64,000 bases of DNA from Firmicutes bacterium UBA2598 (lineage in GTDB: Bacteria > Bacillota > PH28-bin88), in assembly GCA_002339345.1 (NCBI GenBank), contig DDKM01000060.1, positions 1,580-65,579 on the forward strand, given 5' to 3'. Within the stretch, counting starts at the first letter, position 1, and each line of letters opens with the position of its first letter. The notes below the pieces were generated by a model, which did no database searches, was not told the origin of the DNA, and saw only the letters and a program-made list of their open reading frames with translations. The translations under genes and the position numbers were made by a program. Shown here in pieces: positions 46,666 to 56,445 of the stretch.

Positions 46666-47924
46666 AGGTTATGGGACCCTCCCGCTGGCATCCGCTTCTC
46701 CTGGCGCGTCCAAAGGGCCAGCACGCCGCCCAGGCAGGCCAGAAGGGCGGAGAGGTAAAAAGCCCCACTGAAGGAAAGGGTCAGTTGCTTGATATAACCA
46801 GCGCTGATGGGACCCAGGACCTGCCCGAACCCGAAAAAGAATGTCACAAGGCCCAGGGCTGCCGGAGCGTTTTTGGGCCCCACCAAATCTCCACAGAAGG
46901 ACGCCACAATACCGGGAATGCTCCAGGCGGTCAAACCGAAAAGGATGGCAGAAACCCATATAAGGGCTGTGCCGCCAGCAGAAACCAGTATTAGATAACT
47001 GGCCGCCTGCAGGGTGAAAACCACCAGCAGAGCCCTTTGCCGGCCTGCAAGATCGGACAGGCTGCCCCAGATAATGGCACTACCAATGGATAACAACCCG
47101 ACGGCACTCCAGATCTGGCCTGCTGAAACCTGGGTAAACCCCTTCTCCCCGACCAGGTAATTGACGAAGAACATGGCGTAAATGATATATGACATGCCAA
47201 AACAAAAATAAGTAAATGCCAGCAGACGGACACCCTGTAAGGTAAAAATCGCCCGGACGCCCATGAGGCGGCTGTCCCGGGCATCCTCCTGCCGTGCTGT
47301 TTGGGCTCCGTCTCCACCCAGTACCGCCAACCCCTTCTCCCGGGGGTGATTCTTGATCAGCAGCATGGCCAGTGCACCAATAACTGCAACAATCCCGGCC
47401 AGGATCAACCAGTTATATCGCCAGCCCTCATCAGGATAAGCCTGATTGACCGCCGGCACAATCCAACCAGTGACGGCCATGGCTAGTCCCGAACCACCTA
47501 CCAGAAAGCCGTTGGCCATTCCCCGCCGCTGGGGCGCAAACCAACTGGAGGAAAGGCCCATGATGGAAATGTTGCCACCTGCGCCGCCGACACCAGTCAG
47601 GAATCTAAACAGCACCAGGGAAGCCACCCCCCCGGCCAGGGCAGTGGCAGCCATGGACAGGGCGGTCCAGAATAAAGCCACGGTAATGACGATCTTGGGA
47701 CCGTAACGGGATGCCAGCATCCCAGCCATCAAAGCCGCCAGGAAATAGCCGAACATGTTGGCAGAAGCAATAATCCCCGTTTCATCGTGGGTGAGCCCCA
47801 GGCTGGTCTGCATGGAGGGTAAAATCATGCCATAGCTGAATCGGCCAAAACCCAGCGACCCGGCCACCACCAGGATACCCACCACCAGCATGATCCATCC
47901 GTAATGGATCCTGTTCGCCTTCAT
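46662..47924 (-). CDS. MFS transporter (12 TM helices)
   Basis: It is a 12-helix hydrophobic protein with the N-terminus IHYGWIMLVVGILVVAGSLGFGRFSYG. Its start overlaps the Mo-subunit stop by 4 nt. Confidence 0.8.
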   Translation of the reverse strand: MKANRIHYGWIMLVVGILVVAGSLGFGRFSYGMILPSMQTSLGLTHDETGIIASANMFGYFLAALMAGMLASRYGPKIVITVALFWTALSMAATALAGGVASLVLFRFLTGVGGAGGNISIMGLSSSWFAPQRRGMANGFLVGGSGLAMAVTGWIVPAVNQAYPDEGWRYNWLILAGIVAVIGALAMLLIKNHPREKGLAVLGGDGAQTARQEDARDSRLMGVRAIFTLQGVRLLAFTYFCFGMSYIIYAMFFVNYLVGEKGFTQVSAGQIWSAVGLLSIGSAIIWGSLSDLAGRQRALLVVFTLQAASYLILVSAGGTALIWVSAILFGLTAWSIPGIVASFCGDLVGPKNAPAALGLVTFFFGFGQVLGPISAGYIKQLTLSFSGAFYLSALLACLGGVLALWTRQEKRMPAGGSHNL

Positions 47925-50293
47925 CTACCATCCCCCCTGGCGGCTTCGTCAGGTGTAGCAGGGACCGCCTCCGCCATCTGGCGGTTTTGGCTGAAGTCGG
48001 CGTTCCTCTTTTCCCGCAGGGCGCGCCAGACCTTTTCATAAGTAAGGGGAAGGCTGTATACCCGGATACCCATGGCATCATAGATGGCATTGGCGTAGCA
48101 GCCCATGGTGGGAATGGTGGCCCCCTCCCCCACCTCCTTGACACCCCATGGGCCGGCGGGTTCAAAGCTGTCCACCAGCGCAGAGGTAATCTTCGGCATG
48201 TCCAAGGCGGTGGGCAGACGGTATTCCGCCAGGTTGGGATTCAAAATCCGTCCGCTGGCATCGAAAAGCACTTCCTCCCACACGGACTCACCCATACCCA
48301 TGTACAGTGCCCCGTGGACCTGGCCGTGTAACAGGGCCGGATTGATGACGGTACCGCAATCATGAACATCCCATACTTCCTTCACCTGGATTTCACCGGT
48401 TTCCTCGTCAACTTCAACTTCACTGATCTGGGCGGCAAAGCTGTAGGCCGGCGAGGTGCCCACCGCGGCCCCCCTGAAGGTACCACCAAGTGTCGGAGGT
48501 GTATAGGCCCCACGGCCGATCAAAGGACCCTTGCGCACAAAGAATTCCCTGGCCGCTTCCCCGAAGGTGATGTTGACCTCCGGCCTGCCTTTAACAAAGA
48601 TGACACCTTCCCTGCAGTCCAGTTCCTCCGGCGCAACCTGCATCATCTCCCCTGCCATGGCCAGGAGCTGCTTTTTGACCTCTTCACCGGCCTGTTTGAC
48701 AGCAGCACCGGACATCAGGGTTTGGCGGCTGGCATAGGCGCCAAAATCGTGGGGGGTGGTCTCGGTGTCCGCCGCCACTATCTTCATCCTTTCATAGACA
48801 AAACCCATTGCCTCGGCGGCCATCTGGCAAAGGACGGTATCGGAACCCTGGCCGATGTCGGTGGCCCCGGTATAAAGGGTGGCCGCCGATCCATCCTCGT
48901 GAACCTTAATTATGGCGGCGGCGTGGGGAAGGTTGGTACGGTAGATGGGGTATCCCGCACCGGATACAAAGCTGCCCACCGCTATGCCGATACCCCTGCC
49001 CCGGGGCAGTTTTCCCTTTTTGGCATCCCACCCGGACAGCCGTCGGGCCTGTTGAATACATTCCTCCAGTTCACAAGAGTTAATTTTGAATTGATTGGGT
49101 GTAATGGTGTTGGGTTTCCTGGCATTTCGCAACCTCATTTCCAGGGGGTCGATACCCAGATCTTGAGCCACCATATCCAGATGACACTCAAAGGCATACC
49201 TGGGCTGAGGGGCACCGTGGCCGCGCTGGGCACCGCAAGCGGGAAGGTTTGTATATACCCGTATCATGTCAAATTTGTAGTTGGCAAAATCATAGGTCAG
49301 GGTGAGCATGGCTCCGGCATAATAGGCGGTGGCAATGCCCAGACTGGTGTAGGCACCACCATCCATGATGAAGTTGGCATGAACGCCCAGGATTTTTCCA
49401 TCCCGGTCCACCCCGCTGGTGATCTCCATGATTTGACGGTGGCGCCCGCGGTTATGGGCAAACATTTCGTGCCGGTCATAAAACATTTTCACAGGTCGTC
49501 CAGTAAGGCGGGACAGCACTGCCCCGGCGAATTCCAGGCCGGTTGGTTCCAATTTACCGCCAAAACCGCCACCAACGAATGTTTTCACCACCCGCACATC
49601 CCCCATGGGCAGCCCGAACTGGCGGGCAATGTAGTACTGGAAATAGTGGGGGGACTGGGTGCTGGTATAAACGGTAAGTTTCCCCCCTTCCCACATGGAA
49701 ATGGCTGAATGGGGCTCAATGGGGGACTGGTATGTCCGCTGTCCGACAAAACGGTCGGTACGGACGTGATAGGCTTGGGCGAAGGCTTTCTCCACATCTC
49801 CGAAATGCTGGTGAATCTCCGTATTGATATTCCGGGGGTACTCGTCGTGAATCTGTGGAGCACCCTCTGCCATGGCTTCGATGGGATCAAAGACGGCAGG
49901 CAGCACTTCGTAGTCCACTTTGATGAGTTTCAACGCCTTGTAAACGGTCTCATCATCCACCGCCGCCACCGCCGCCACCTTGTCCCCTACAAAACGGACC
50001 TTGTCGATGCAAAAAATGTTTTCATCCCAGCGGGCCGGGCTAATGCCGTACTTCAAAGGGGGCACATCCTTATGGGTAATTACCGCTTTCACCCCAGGCA
50101 GCCTTTCCGCTTCGGTAGTGTCGATGTGCAAGATCCGGGCATGGGGATGGGGGCTTGTTAAAATCTTGCCCACCAGCATGTTGGGGAATTTCAAATCACC
50201 CGTGTACTTGGCCTGTCCTGTCACCTTAACCCGCCCGTCAATTTTGGGTACACTTTTCCCGATGACCGCATAATTATCCCTCATGGTCTGCAC
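47921..50293 (-). CDS. xanthine-dehydrogenase-family molybdopterin-binding large subunit
   Basis: The N-terminus is IGKSVPKIDGRVKVTGQAKYTGD. Also present are GGGFGGK and the active-site-region motif QGHGAPQ-like GAQRGHG. At 790 aa it overlaps the 2Fe-2S subunit gene. Confidence 0.85.
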   Translation of the reverse strand: MQTMRDNYAVIGKSVPKIDGRVKVTGQAKYTGDLKFPNMLVGKILTSPHPHARILHIDTTEAERLPGVKAVITHKDVPPLKYGISPARWDENIFCIDKVRFVGDKVAAVAAVDDETVYKALKLIKVDYEVLPAVFDPIEAMAEGAPQIHDEYPRNINTEIHQHFGDVEKAFAQAYHVRTDRFVGQRTYQSPIEPHSAISMWEGGKLTVYTSTQSPHYFQYYIARQFGLPMGDVRVVKTFVGGGFGGKLEPTGLEFAGAVLSRLTGRPVKMFYDRHEMFAHNRGRHRQIMEITSGVDRDGKILGVHANFIMDGGAYTSLGIATAYYAGAMLTLTYDFANYKFDMIRVYTNLPACGAQRGHGAPQPRYAFECHLDMVAQDLGIDPLEMRLRNARKPNTITPNQFKINSCELEECIQQARRLSGWDAKKGKLPRGRGIGIAVGSFVSGAGYPIYRTNLPHAAAIIKVHEDGSAATLYTGATDIGQGSDTVLCQMAAEAMGFVYERMKIVAADTETTPHDFGAYASRQTLMSGAAVKQAGEEVKKQLLAMAGEMMQVAPEELDCREGVIFVKGRPEVNITFGEAAREFFVRKGPLIGRGAYTPPTLGGTFRGAAVGTSPAYSFAAQISEVEVDEETGEIQVKEVWDVHDCGTVINPALLHGQVHGALYMGMGESVWEEVLFDASGRILNPNLAEYRLPTALDMPKITSALVDSFEPAGPWGVKEVGEGATIPTMGCYANAIYDAMGIRVYSLPLTYEKVWRALREKRNADFSQNRQMAEAVPATPDEAARGDGR

Positions 50294-50810
50294 CCCTCCC
50301 TTCTTGCAACCTTTTGGCAGCCACCATAACCGCCTTTACCACATTGACATACCCGGTACAACGGCACAGATTACCGGCGATGGCCTCCCGCACCTCCTGT
50401 TCGGTGGGAGAGGGGTTTTTAGCCAACAAGGCTTTGGCCGAAAGGATCATCCCCGGTGTACAGTAACCGCACTGCACTGCCGCGTGATCAATAAAGGCCT
50501 CCTGTAGGGGATCAAGGGTGTCGCCCTGTTGCACCAATCCCTCGATGGTGACAATCTCCTGCCCGTCAGCCTCCACCGCCAGTACCAGGCAAGAATTCAC
50601 CGGTTTGCCATTCAAAAGCACCGTGCAAGAACCGCAATCTCCCAATTCGCAACCTTTTTTGGTCCCGGTAAGGTCCAGGTGATCCCGCAGGACATTCACC
50701 AAAAGGGTGTTGGCCTTCACCACCACCGTCCGGTGATCGCCATTGACCACCAGGTTCACCATATATCTTTTAACCCCATTCTGATCAGTAATTGCCTGCA
50801 TGGTCGTCAC
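50274..50810 (-). CDS. (2Fe-2S)-binding small subunit of the molybdenum hydroxylase
   Basis: Plant-type and second 2Fe-2S motifs are present: CELGDCGSCTV, QCGYCTPG and CRCTGY. Confidence 0.9.
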   Translation of the reverse strand: MTTMQAITDQNGVKRYMVNLVVNGDHRTVVVKANTLLVNVLRDHLDLTGTKKGCELGDCGSCTVLLNGKPVNSCLVLAVEADGQEIVTIEGLVQQGDTLDPLQEAFIDHAAVQCGYCTPGMILSAKALLAKNPSPTEQEVREAIAGNLCRCTGYVNVVKAVMVAAKRLQEGRGADHEG

Positions 50811-50818
50811 ATCTCACC

Positions 50819-51688
50819 TCACACATGCCCTTGCTCAATTGCCCGGCGCAAGGACCGTTTGGTAAGCACCCGCACTAGGTCCCGGCGGTATTCCGCAGAG
50901 GCCCGGATGTCAGAAATAGGCTTGCATGCAGTGGCTGCTCGTATGCCTGCCTCCTCCAGCAATTCCGTGGACACAGCATTACCCACCAACCTCTCCTCCG
51001 CCTCCCGCGCCCGTATAGGGGTTGGGGCAACAGCACCCAGCACAATTCTGGCCTCCCTGATTACCCTTTCCACCACCGTCACCGCTGCGGCCACACCAAC
51101 CACCGCCAGGGCACCCGACCGGCGAAGACCGAATTTGATATAGGTACTACCTGTGGTGGACTGGTCAGGAATCACCACCTCTGTCAGGATTTCATCATGG
51201 GCAATAACCGTTTGACCGGGCCCTGTAAAAAACTGCTCCAGGGGGAGGGTCCGCTCCCCTCCGGGTCCAACCAGAGTGACCTGGGCACCCAACGCAATCA
51301 AGATTGGCGGCAGATCGGCAGAAGGAACAGCATTGACCAGGTTGCCGCCCACCGTTCCGATGTTCCGGATCTGGTTGTTGGCCATCTGGTGAGCCGCCTC
51401 TGCTACCGACAGGTAACGCTGATGCAGCAGGGTAGAATTTACCAAATCGTTGTGGGTACACCGTGCCCCCAATATCAGCCCCTTCCCCTCAACATACCCG
51501 ATGTCTGCCAGGGATCGGATATTTTTTAGCGACACCAGCGCCTTTGGAACAACCAGCTCGTGCTTCATTTTGATGAGCAAATCCGTTCCTCCCGCCAGCA
51601 CCTTGGCCCCGGCCCCAAGGTCAGCCAGGATGGCGCAGGCTTCCTGTACGCTATGGGGACAATAATAATTGAAATCCGGTAAATACAT
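50819..51688 (-). CDS. FAD-binding medium subunit of the molybdenum hydroxylase (CoxM/XdhB type)
   Basis: Motifs are VLAGGTDLLIKMK and IGTVGGNL. The ATG at 51688 follows a GGGAGGGGGG SD. There is no Cys-rich insertion. Confidence 0.85.
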   Translation of the reverse strand: MYLPDFNYYCPHSVQEACAILADLGAGAKVLAGGTDLLIKMKHELVVPKALVSLKNIRSLADIGYVEGKGLILGARCTHNDLVNSTLLHQRYLSVAEAAHQMANNQIRNIGTVGGNLVNAVPSADLPPILIALGAQVTLVGPGGERTLPLEQFFTGPGQTVIAHDEILTEVVIPDQSTTGSTYIKFGLRRSGALAVVGVAAAVTVVERVIREARIVLGAVAPTPIRAREAEERLVGNAVSTELLEEAGIRAATACKPISDIRASAEYRRDLVRVLTKRSLRRAIEQGHV

Positions 51689-51771
51689 GGCTTTACCCCC
51701 CTCCCGGATAAACCGGACCATTCTCACCCCAACCGCCGTTCTCCCCAGTAAACACCCATTCGTTATAATAA

Positions 51772-51800
51772 ATTATGCGTCTCCCATTCTTTACCGTCAA
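51772..51800 (-). promoter_or_regulatory. sigma-A type promoter for the molybdenum-hydroxylase operon (TTGACG - 17 nt - CATAAT)
   Basis: The minus strand reads TTGACGgtaaagaatgggagacgCATAAT. It lies about 85 nt upstream of the ATG at 51688. Confidence 0.45.
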
Positions 51801-52095
51801 GAAAATTCTGAAAACATATTTCCCCATTTTTTACACCGCAAATTTTCGGTAAAGGTGTTCACCCAAACAGGGTACACCCCGCAACGGGGATCCCTCCCCT
51901 ACTTTTCATGCTTTTTAGCGATGGCTTTATTTCAGAAAATTCTTTACAGTTATTTTTAGGATCATATTACATTGCACTTCCTTTTGGAGCAGTAGGACGG
52001 TTTTACGGCAGGAAACATTGGACGGAAAACCCGGTAGGAAGGTCACGCCGTACCCGTTGCCAGGAAAATCTGATCCAAAAAGGAGGACAAGGAAA

Positions 52096-53097
52096 ATGCA
52101 GACTACCATCCTCATCATCCAGGAAGAGGCAGAAAAGTACGCCGCCATGATCGAAAGGAGTTTTTCCCAGCAAATTAATGATGGCACGATCAAATTGGTT
52201 TTGTGCAAGGATGAACTGGCTATCCCGGAAGACGTGAGTGATGTCAATATTATCGGGACCTGGCCCCTGATAAAACAGATCCCGCAAATGAAAAACTTAA
52301 AGTGGGTGATGACCTTCAGTTCAGGGGTGGACCACTGGGAGAAATCCGGCCTCCTACCCCGGGAAATACCACTGGTCCATGTGCCGGGCGGTTCCGGTGT
52401 GCCGGTCGCGGAATTTGTGATTGGGTTAATGTTGAACCACGTCAAGCATTACGATAAGATTTGGAAAAACCAAAGGACCAGGGTGTTCGAACGCATTCAA
52501 GGCCAGGAACTCCATGGCAAAACCCTGGGCATCATCGGCCTGGGCGGCATCGGCCGGGAAATTGCCAAGCGGGCCAAAGCCTTTGATATGACCGTGATTG
52601 GCACGGATTTGGTCCCGGAAGTGCCCTGGGTGGATAAAGTATATCCCGTAGACCAGTTTGAAACTGTTTTACGGGTGAGTGATTTTGTGGTGCTGGCCTG
52701 CCCGGAAACCAAGGAAACCATCAATATGATGGATGAGATGCGCTTTAGACTGATGAAACCAACTGCCTTTTTGATTAATTGTGCCCGCGGATCACTGGTA
52801 GTGAAGGAAGCCCTGATCAAGGCTCTGGAAGAGGAGTGGATTGCCGGGGCATCCATCGACACCTTCTGGATTAAAAACCCCCTTCCCTCCTACCTACCCC
52901 CGGATGACTCCCTTTGGCAAACCAAGAATGTTTTCCTAAGCCCACACATTTCCAGCTGGACTGACATGTATGCCGTCCGCTTCGGGCAGGTGTTCGTGGA
53001 AAACATCGCCCGTCATTTGCATAACGAACCATTGATCAGCGTCGCGCCCGGTTTTGGCGTAAACTCCGATGTGGTTTTCAGCCGGAAAATCGGATAG
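52096..53097 (+). CDS. D-isomer-specific 2-hydroxyacid dehydrogenase
   Basis: The NAD fold is GKTLGIIGLGGIGREIAKRA and the catalytic region is NCARGSLV...SPHISSWT. The ATG at 52096 follows an AAAGGAGG SD. Confidence 0.85.
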   Translation: MQTTILIIQEEAEKYAAMIERSFSQQINDGTIKLVLCKDELAIPEDVSDVNIIGTWPLIKQIPQMKNLKWVMTFSSGVDHWEKSGLLPREIPLVHVPGGSGVPVAEFVIGLMLNHVKHYDKIWKNQRTRVFERIQGQELHGKTLGIIGLGGIGREIAKRAKAFDMTVIGTDLVPEVPWVDKVYPVDQFETVLRVSDFVVLACPETKETINMMDEMRFRLMKPTAFLINCARGSLVVKEALIKALEEEWIAGASIDTFWIKNPLPSYLPPDDSLWQTKNVFLSPHISSWTDMYAVRFGQVFVENIARHLHNEPLISVAPGFGVNSDVVFSRKIG

Positions 53098-53191
53098 GCC
53101 ATCAATAGTTTAGGGGCGGGTTAAAATGCAAGTAAGGGATGTTTTTAGATAATACGGAATTTTTAGAAATAATATGGTTGGGGGAGAGGAT

Positions 53192-54517
53192 ATGAGAGGT
53201 AAAACACAGAATTTAATTTGGAACCGGGAAGCGGAGACCATGCCGCCCCAAGAAAAGCGGCAAATCCAACTACAAAGGTTGCAACAAGCGGTGAAACATG
53301 CCTATGAAAACGTGCCATTTTACCGCCGCTCCTTTGAAGCCAGAAATCTTACCCCGGAGGATATTAAGTCCCTACAGGACCTTGAAAGATTTCCCTTTAC
53401 CGTAAAAACAGATTTGCGGGACAACTACCCCTTTGCCCTTTTCGCCACCCCCATGAAAAACATCGTCCGGCTGCACGCTTCCAGCGGTACCACCGGTAAA
53501 CCAATTGTGGGAGCATACACCAGGGCGGATCTGGATCTTTGGTCAGAGGTAATGGCCAGGGCAATGGCGGCTGCAGGGATCACCGAAAAGGATATCGTGC
53601 ATAACGCCTATGGATATGGCTTATTTACAGGCGGCATGGGTTTCCATTACGGTGCGGAAAAGATCGGGGCCACCGTGGTACCGGTGGCCGGTGGTTTTAC
53701 CAAGCGCCAGGTGATGCTCTGGCAGGATTTCCAGCCGACGGTGCTCGCCTGCACCCCTTCCTTTGCCCTGGTCCTGGCAGAAACGGCAGCCGAAATGGGT
53801 ATTAATCCCCCTAAGGAATTACAGCTGAGGGTGGGGATGTTCGGGGCGGAGCCGTGGACGGAACAAATGCGGCGGGAGATTGAAAACAGCCTCGGGCTGG
53901 AATCTTTCAACCACTATGGACTGACGGAATTAATCGGCCCCGGGGTGTCTTCGGAATGTATTTACCACAATGGTATGCATATCCAGGACGATCATTTCCT
54001 GCCAGAAATCATTGACCCGGAAACCGGCGAAACTTTACCACCCGGGCAGAGTGGTGAACTGGTCTTCACCAGCCTGACCAAGGAGGCCTTTCCGGTAATC
54101 CGGTACCGAACCAGGGATATTACCAGCCTGGACCCGGAACCATGTCCCTGTGGCAGGACAACAGCCAGAATGAACCAGATCACCGGCCGGTCCGATGACA
54201 TGCTGATCATCCGTGGTGTCAACGTTTTCCCATCACAAATCGAGGCGGTGATCCTCAATCACAAAGATGTAGTCCCACAATACATGATTGTGGTGGATAG
54301 GGTGCGGAATCTGGATCAAATAGAGATCCAGGTGGAGGCAGTCGACGACCTCTACCAGAGGGGTGAGCAAAAACTACAGGAAGTCAGCGACCAGTTGCAA
54401 AGGGATCTGATCCAAACCCTGGGCATTTCCGCAAGGGTGGTTATTGTTCCGCCCAGAAGCATTGCCCGCAGCGAAGGCAAGGCCAAGCGAGTACTGGATA
54501 GACGAAACCTGGCATAA
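53192..54517 (+). CDS. phenylacetate-CoA ligase family (PaaK / F390-synthetase-type) adenylate-forming enzyme
   Basis: Motifs are FPFTVKTDLRDNYPF and LHASSGTTGKPIV, with a C-terminal MLIIRGVNVFPSQIE. These are typical of PaaK. Confidence 0.85.
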   Translation: MRGKTQNLIWNREAETMPPQEKRQIQLQRLQQAVKHAYENVPFYRRSFEARNLTPEDIKSLQDLERFPFTVKTDLRDNYPFALFATPMKNIVRLHASSGTTGKPIVGAYTRADLDLWSEVMARAMAAAGITEKDIVHNAYGYGLFTGGMGFHYGAEKIGATVVPVAGGFTKRQVMLWQDFQPTVLACTPSFALVLAETAAEMGINPPKELQLRVGMFGAEPWTEQMRREIENSLGLESFNHYGLTELIGPGVSSECIYHNGMHIQDDHFLPEIIDPETGETLPPGQSGELVFTSLTKEAFPVIRYRTRDITSLDPEPCPCGRTTARMNQITGRSDDMLIIRGVNVFPSQIEAVILNHKDVVPQYMIVVDRVRNLDQIEIQVEAVDDLYQRGEQKLQEVSDQLQRDLIQTLGISARVVIVPPRSIARSEGKAKRVLDRRNLA

Positions 54518-54638
54518 ACGGCATGTGATTTCTCCGCATAGATGCCGCAGAGCACAAAAGTTTGGGTAAAGGGGGGATTGGGGAAAGAAGTTTTTAGCCA
54601 GGTTCGGTCGCAGCTTAGTCTGAAAGGGGAGGTATCCA

Positions 54639-54755
54639 ATGCTGGGAATGGCGGACGGCTGGACGGCACTGGTATGGATTCTGAACATCGTCTCCATGCT
54701 GGTGTGTGTCATCTACGGATTGCTAAACTGGAACAAGGGGGGTGAGGAGTGGTGA
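54639..54755 (+). CDS. symporter small accessory protein (38 aa, single TM helix)
   Basis: This ORF is below the ORF-track length cut-off. The ATG follows an AAAGGGGAGG SD. My translation is MLGMADGWTALVWILNIVSMLVCVIYGLLNWNKGGEEW, and the TGA overlaps the GTG start of the SSS symporter. Confidence 0.7.
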   Translation: MLGMADGWTALVWILNIVSMLVCVIYGLLNWNKGGEEW

Positions 54756-56365
54756 ATCTAGGTATTCTCGCAGTGATTTTGGTAGTATACATCGGTATTG
54801 TAAGTTACCTGACCTACCTCGGCTCCCAGCAGACAAAGAACGTGGAAGACTATGCAGTTGCCGGGCGGCGCATGTCGGGGTGGATTATGGCCTTGTCCTA
54901 CGCCTCCACCTTTATCAGTACTTCGGCCATTGTGGGATTCGGCGGAGCAGCCGGTGTCTTCGGCTTCACCCTATTATGGCTTGCTTTGTTGAACTCTTTT
55001 GTGGGAATTTTTATTGCCTTCGTATTTATGGGGGATCCCATCCGCCGCATGGCCAATAACCTCGGATCCCATACCCTGGCTGCCATGCTGGGTGAGCGTT
55101 ACCAGTCCAAGTTTATCACCTGGTTCATCGGCTTGATGATCTTCCTGTTAATGCCTGCATACTCCGGGGTGGTACTGGTGGGCGGCGCCCGTTTCATGCA
55201 GGAAGCGCTGCAGATCAATTACCAGCTGGCCCTGGTAGTGTTGGCGGTAATCGTCGCCCTTTATGTCAGTTGGGGCGGGCTGAAGGGCGTCATGTACGCC
55301 GATGCCTTCATGTGCGGCATGATGCTTTTGGGAATGGTGTTATTGCTATTTAAAACCTACTCCATCGTGGGCGGTGTGCTCGCCGGACACCAAGCCCTGA
55401 CCAATATGGCCAACCTGGTACCGGAGAACCTAGCCAAAGGAGGCCACCTGGGCTGGACGGCAATGCCCAAATGGGGATCACCCATCTGGTGGACTGTCAT
55501 CAGCACCATCGTGATGGGTGTCGGAATTGGCGTGCTGGCCCAGCCGCAGCTGACCTTGCGCTTCCTGACGGTACCCAGCCGGCAGGCCCTGAACAGGGCA
55601 GTGCTGGCCGGCGGCATCAGCCTGTTTTTCTTCACCGGCACAGCCTTTATGGTTGGTCCCCTCACCAACGTGTATTTCTTCCAAACCACCGGCAAGGTTG
55701 CCATTGCGGCGGCCGGTGGTAACATCGACCTGATCATTCCAACCTTCATTAACAGCGTGATGCCCACCGCCTACATTTACCTGTTCATGATCACATTGCT
55801 TTCCGCAGCCCTGACCACGGTGCTGGGCCTAATCCATGTACAAAGCGTGGCCTTCTCCCAGGATTTGTTGGCGACCTGGGGTGTCAAGTCCAACCCCATG
55901 ATCCTGGCCAAGGTTGGGGTATATGTGGGTACCCTGGGTGCTGTGGTGATGGCTTTTATCCTGCCTCCCAGCATCATCGCCCGGGCAACCGCCTTCTGGT
56001 TCGGCATCTGTGCCGCCGGTATTCTACCCACCTTACTGGGTGCTGTGTTCTGGCGGCGGGTGACCAAGGCAGCGGCTGTTGCTAGCGTGGCTTCCGGCTA
56101 TGGGGTGTCCATTTTCGGGTTTGTTTTCCTACATGCATCGGAGGCAGTACCCTTTGGCATCAGCAAGTTGCTATTCGGCAAACCGACCCTGCTGCCTTTC
56201 CCCTGGACCCATGTGGACCCGCTGTTCTACAGTATCCTGGTGTCAACAGCGGTGCTGATCATCGTCTCCTTCCTAACCAAGCCCTTACCGGAAGAACACC
56301 TGGCCAAATGTTTCCGCGGGTTTGGAAAGCGGGGCACACCGGCAGCGGAACAGGTTAGTGCCTAA
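54749..56365 (+). CDS. sodium:solute symporter (SSS) family transporter
   Basis: It is a hydrophobic protein with about 13 TM helices. The N-terminus YLGSQQTKNVEDYAVAGRRMSGW is typical of the SSS family. Confidence 0.85.
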   Translation: MVNLGILAVILVVYIGIVSYLTYLGSQQTKNVEDYAVAGRRMSGWIMALSYASTFISTSAIVGFGGAAGVFGFTLLWLALLNSFVGIFIAFVFMGDPIRRMANNLGSHTLAAMLGERYQSKFITWFIGLMIFLLMPAYSGVVLVGGARFMQEALQINYQLALVVLAVIVALYVSWGGLKGVMYADAFMCGMMLLGMVLLLFKTYSIVGGVLAGHQALTNMANLVPENLAKGGHLGWTAMPKWGSPIWWTVISTIVMGVGIGVLAQPQLTLRFLTVPSRQALNRAVLAGGISLFFFTGTAFMVGPLTNVYFFQTTGKVAIAAAGGNIDLIIPTFINSVMPTAYIYLFMITLLSAALTTVLGLIHVQSVAFSQDLLATWGVKSNPMILAKVGVYVGTLGAVVMAFILPPSIIARATAFWFGICAAGILPTLLGAVFWRRVTKAAAVASVASGYGVSIFGFVFLHASEAVPFGISKLLFGKPTLLPFPWTHVDPLFYSILVSTAVLIIVSFLTKPLPEEHLAKCFRGFGKRGTPAAEQVSA

Positions 56366-56445
56366 CCACCAATGACAGAAATTCAAAAGGGGCCGGTGGC
56401 TACCGCCGGCCCCTATCCAAATTCCAAAGAAAAGGAAGGCCTCCA

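Noticed and set aside
48362-49708. 448-aa plus-strand ORF
   Set aside because: It is antisense to the molybdopterin large subunit. It is Gly/His/Pro-rich with no start context, so I treat it as a shadow ORF.
50819-51688. Calling the Mo enzyme 4-hydroxybenzoyl-CoA reductase (HcrCAB)
   Set aside because: The context is tempting, but the FAD subunit lacks the Cys-rich insertion of about 40 aa that binds the extra [4Fe-4S] cluster diagnostic of HcrB. It has only four scattered cysteines. I kept the call at family level.
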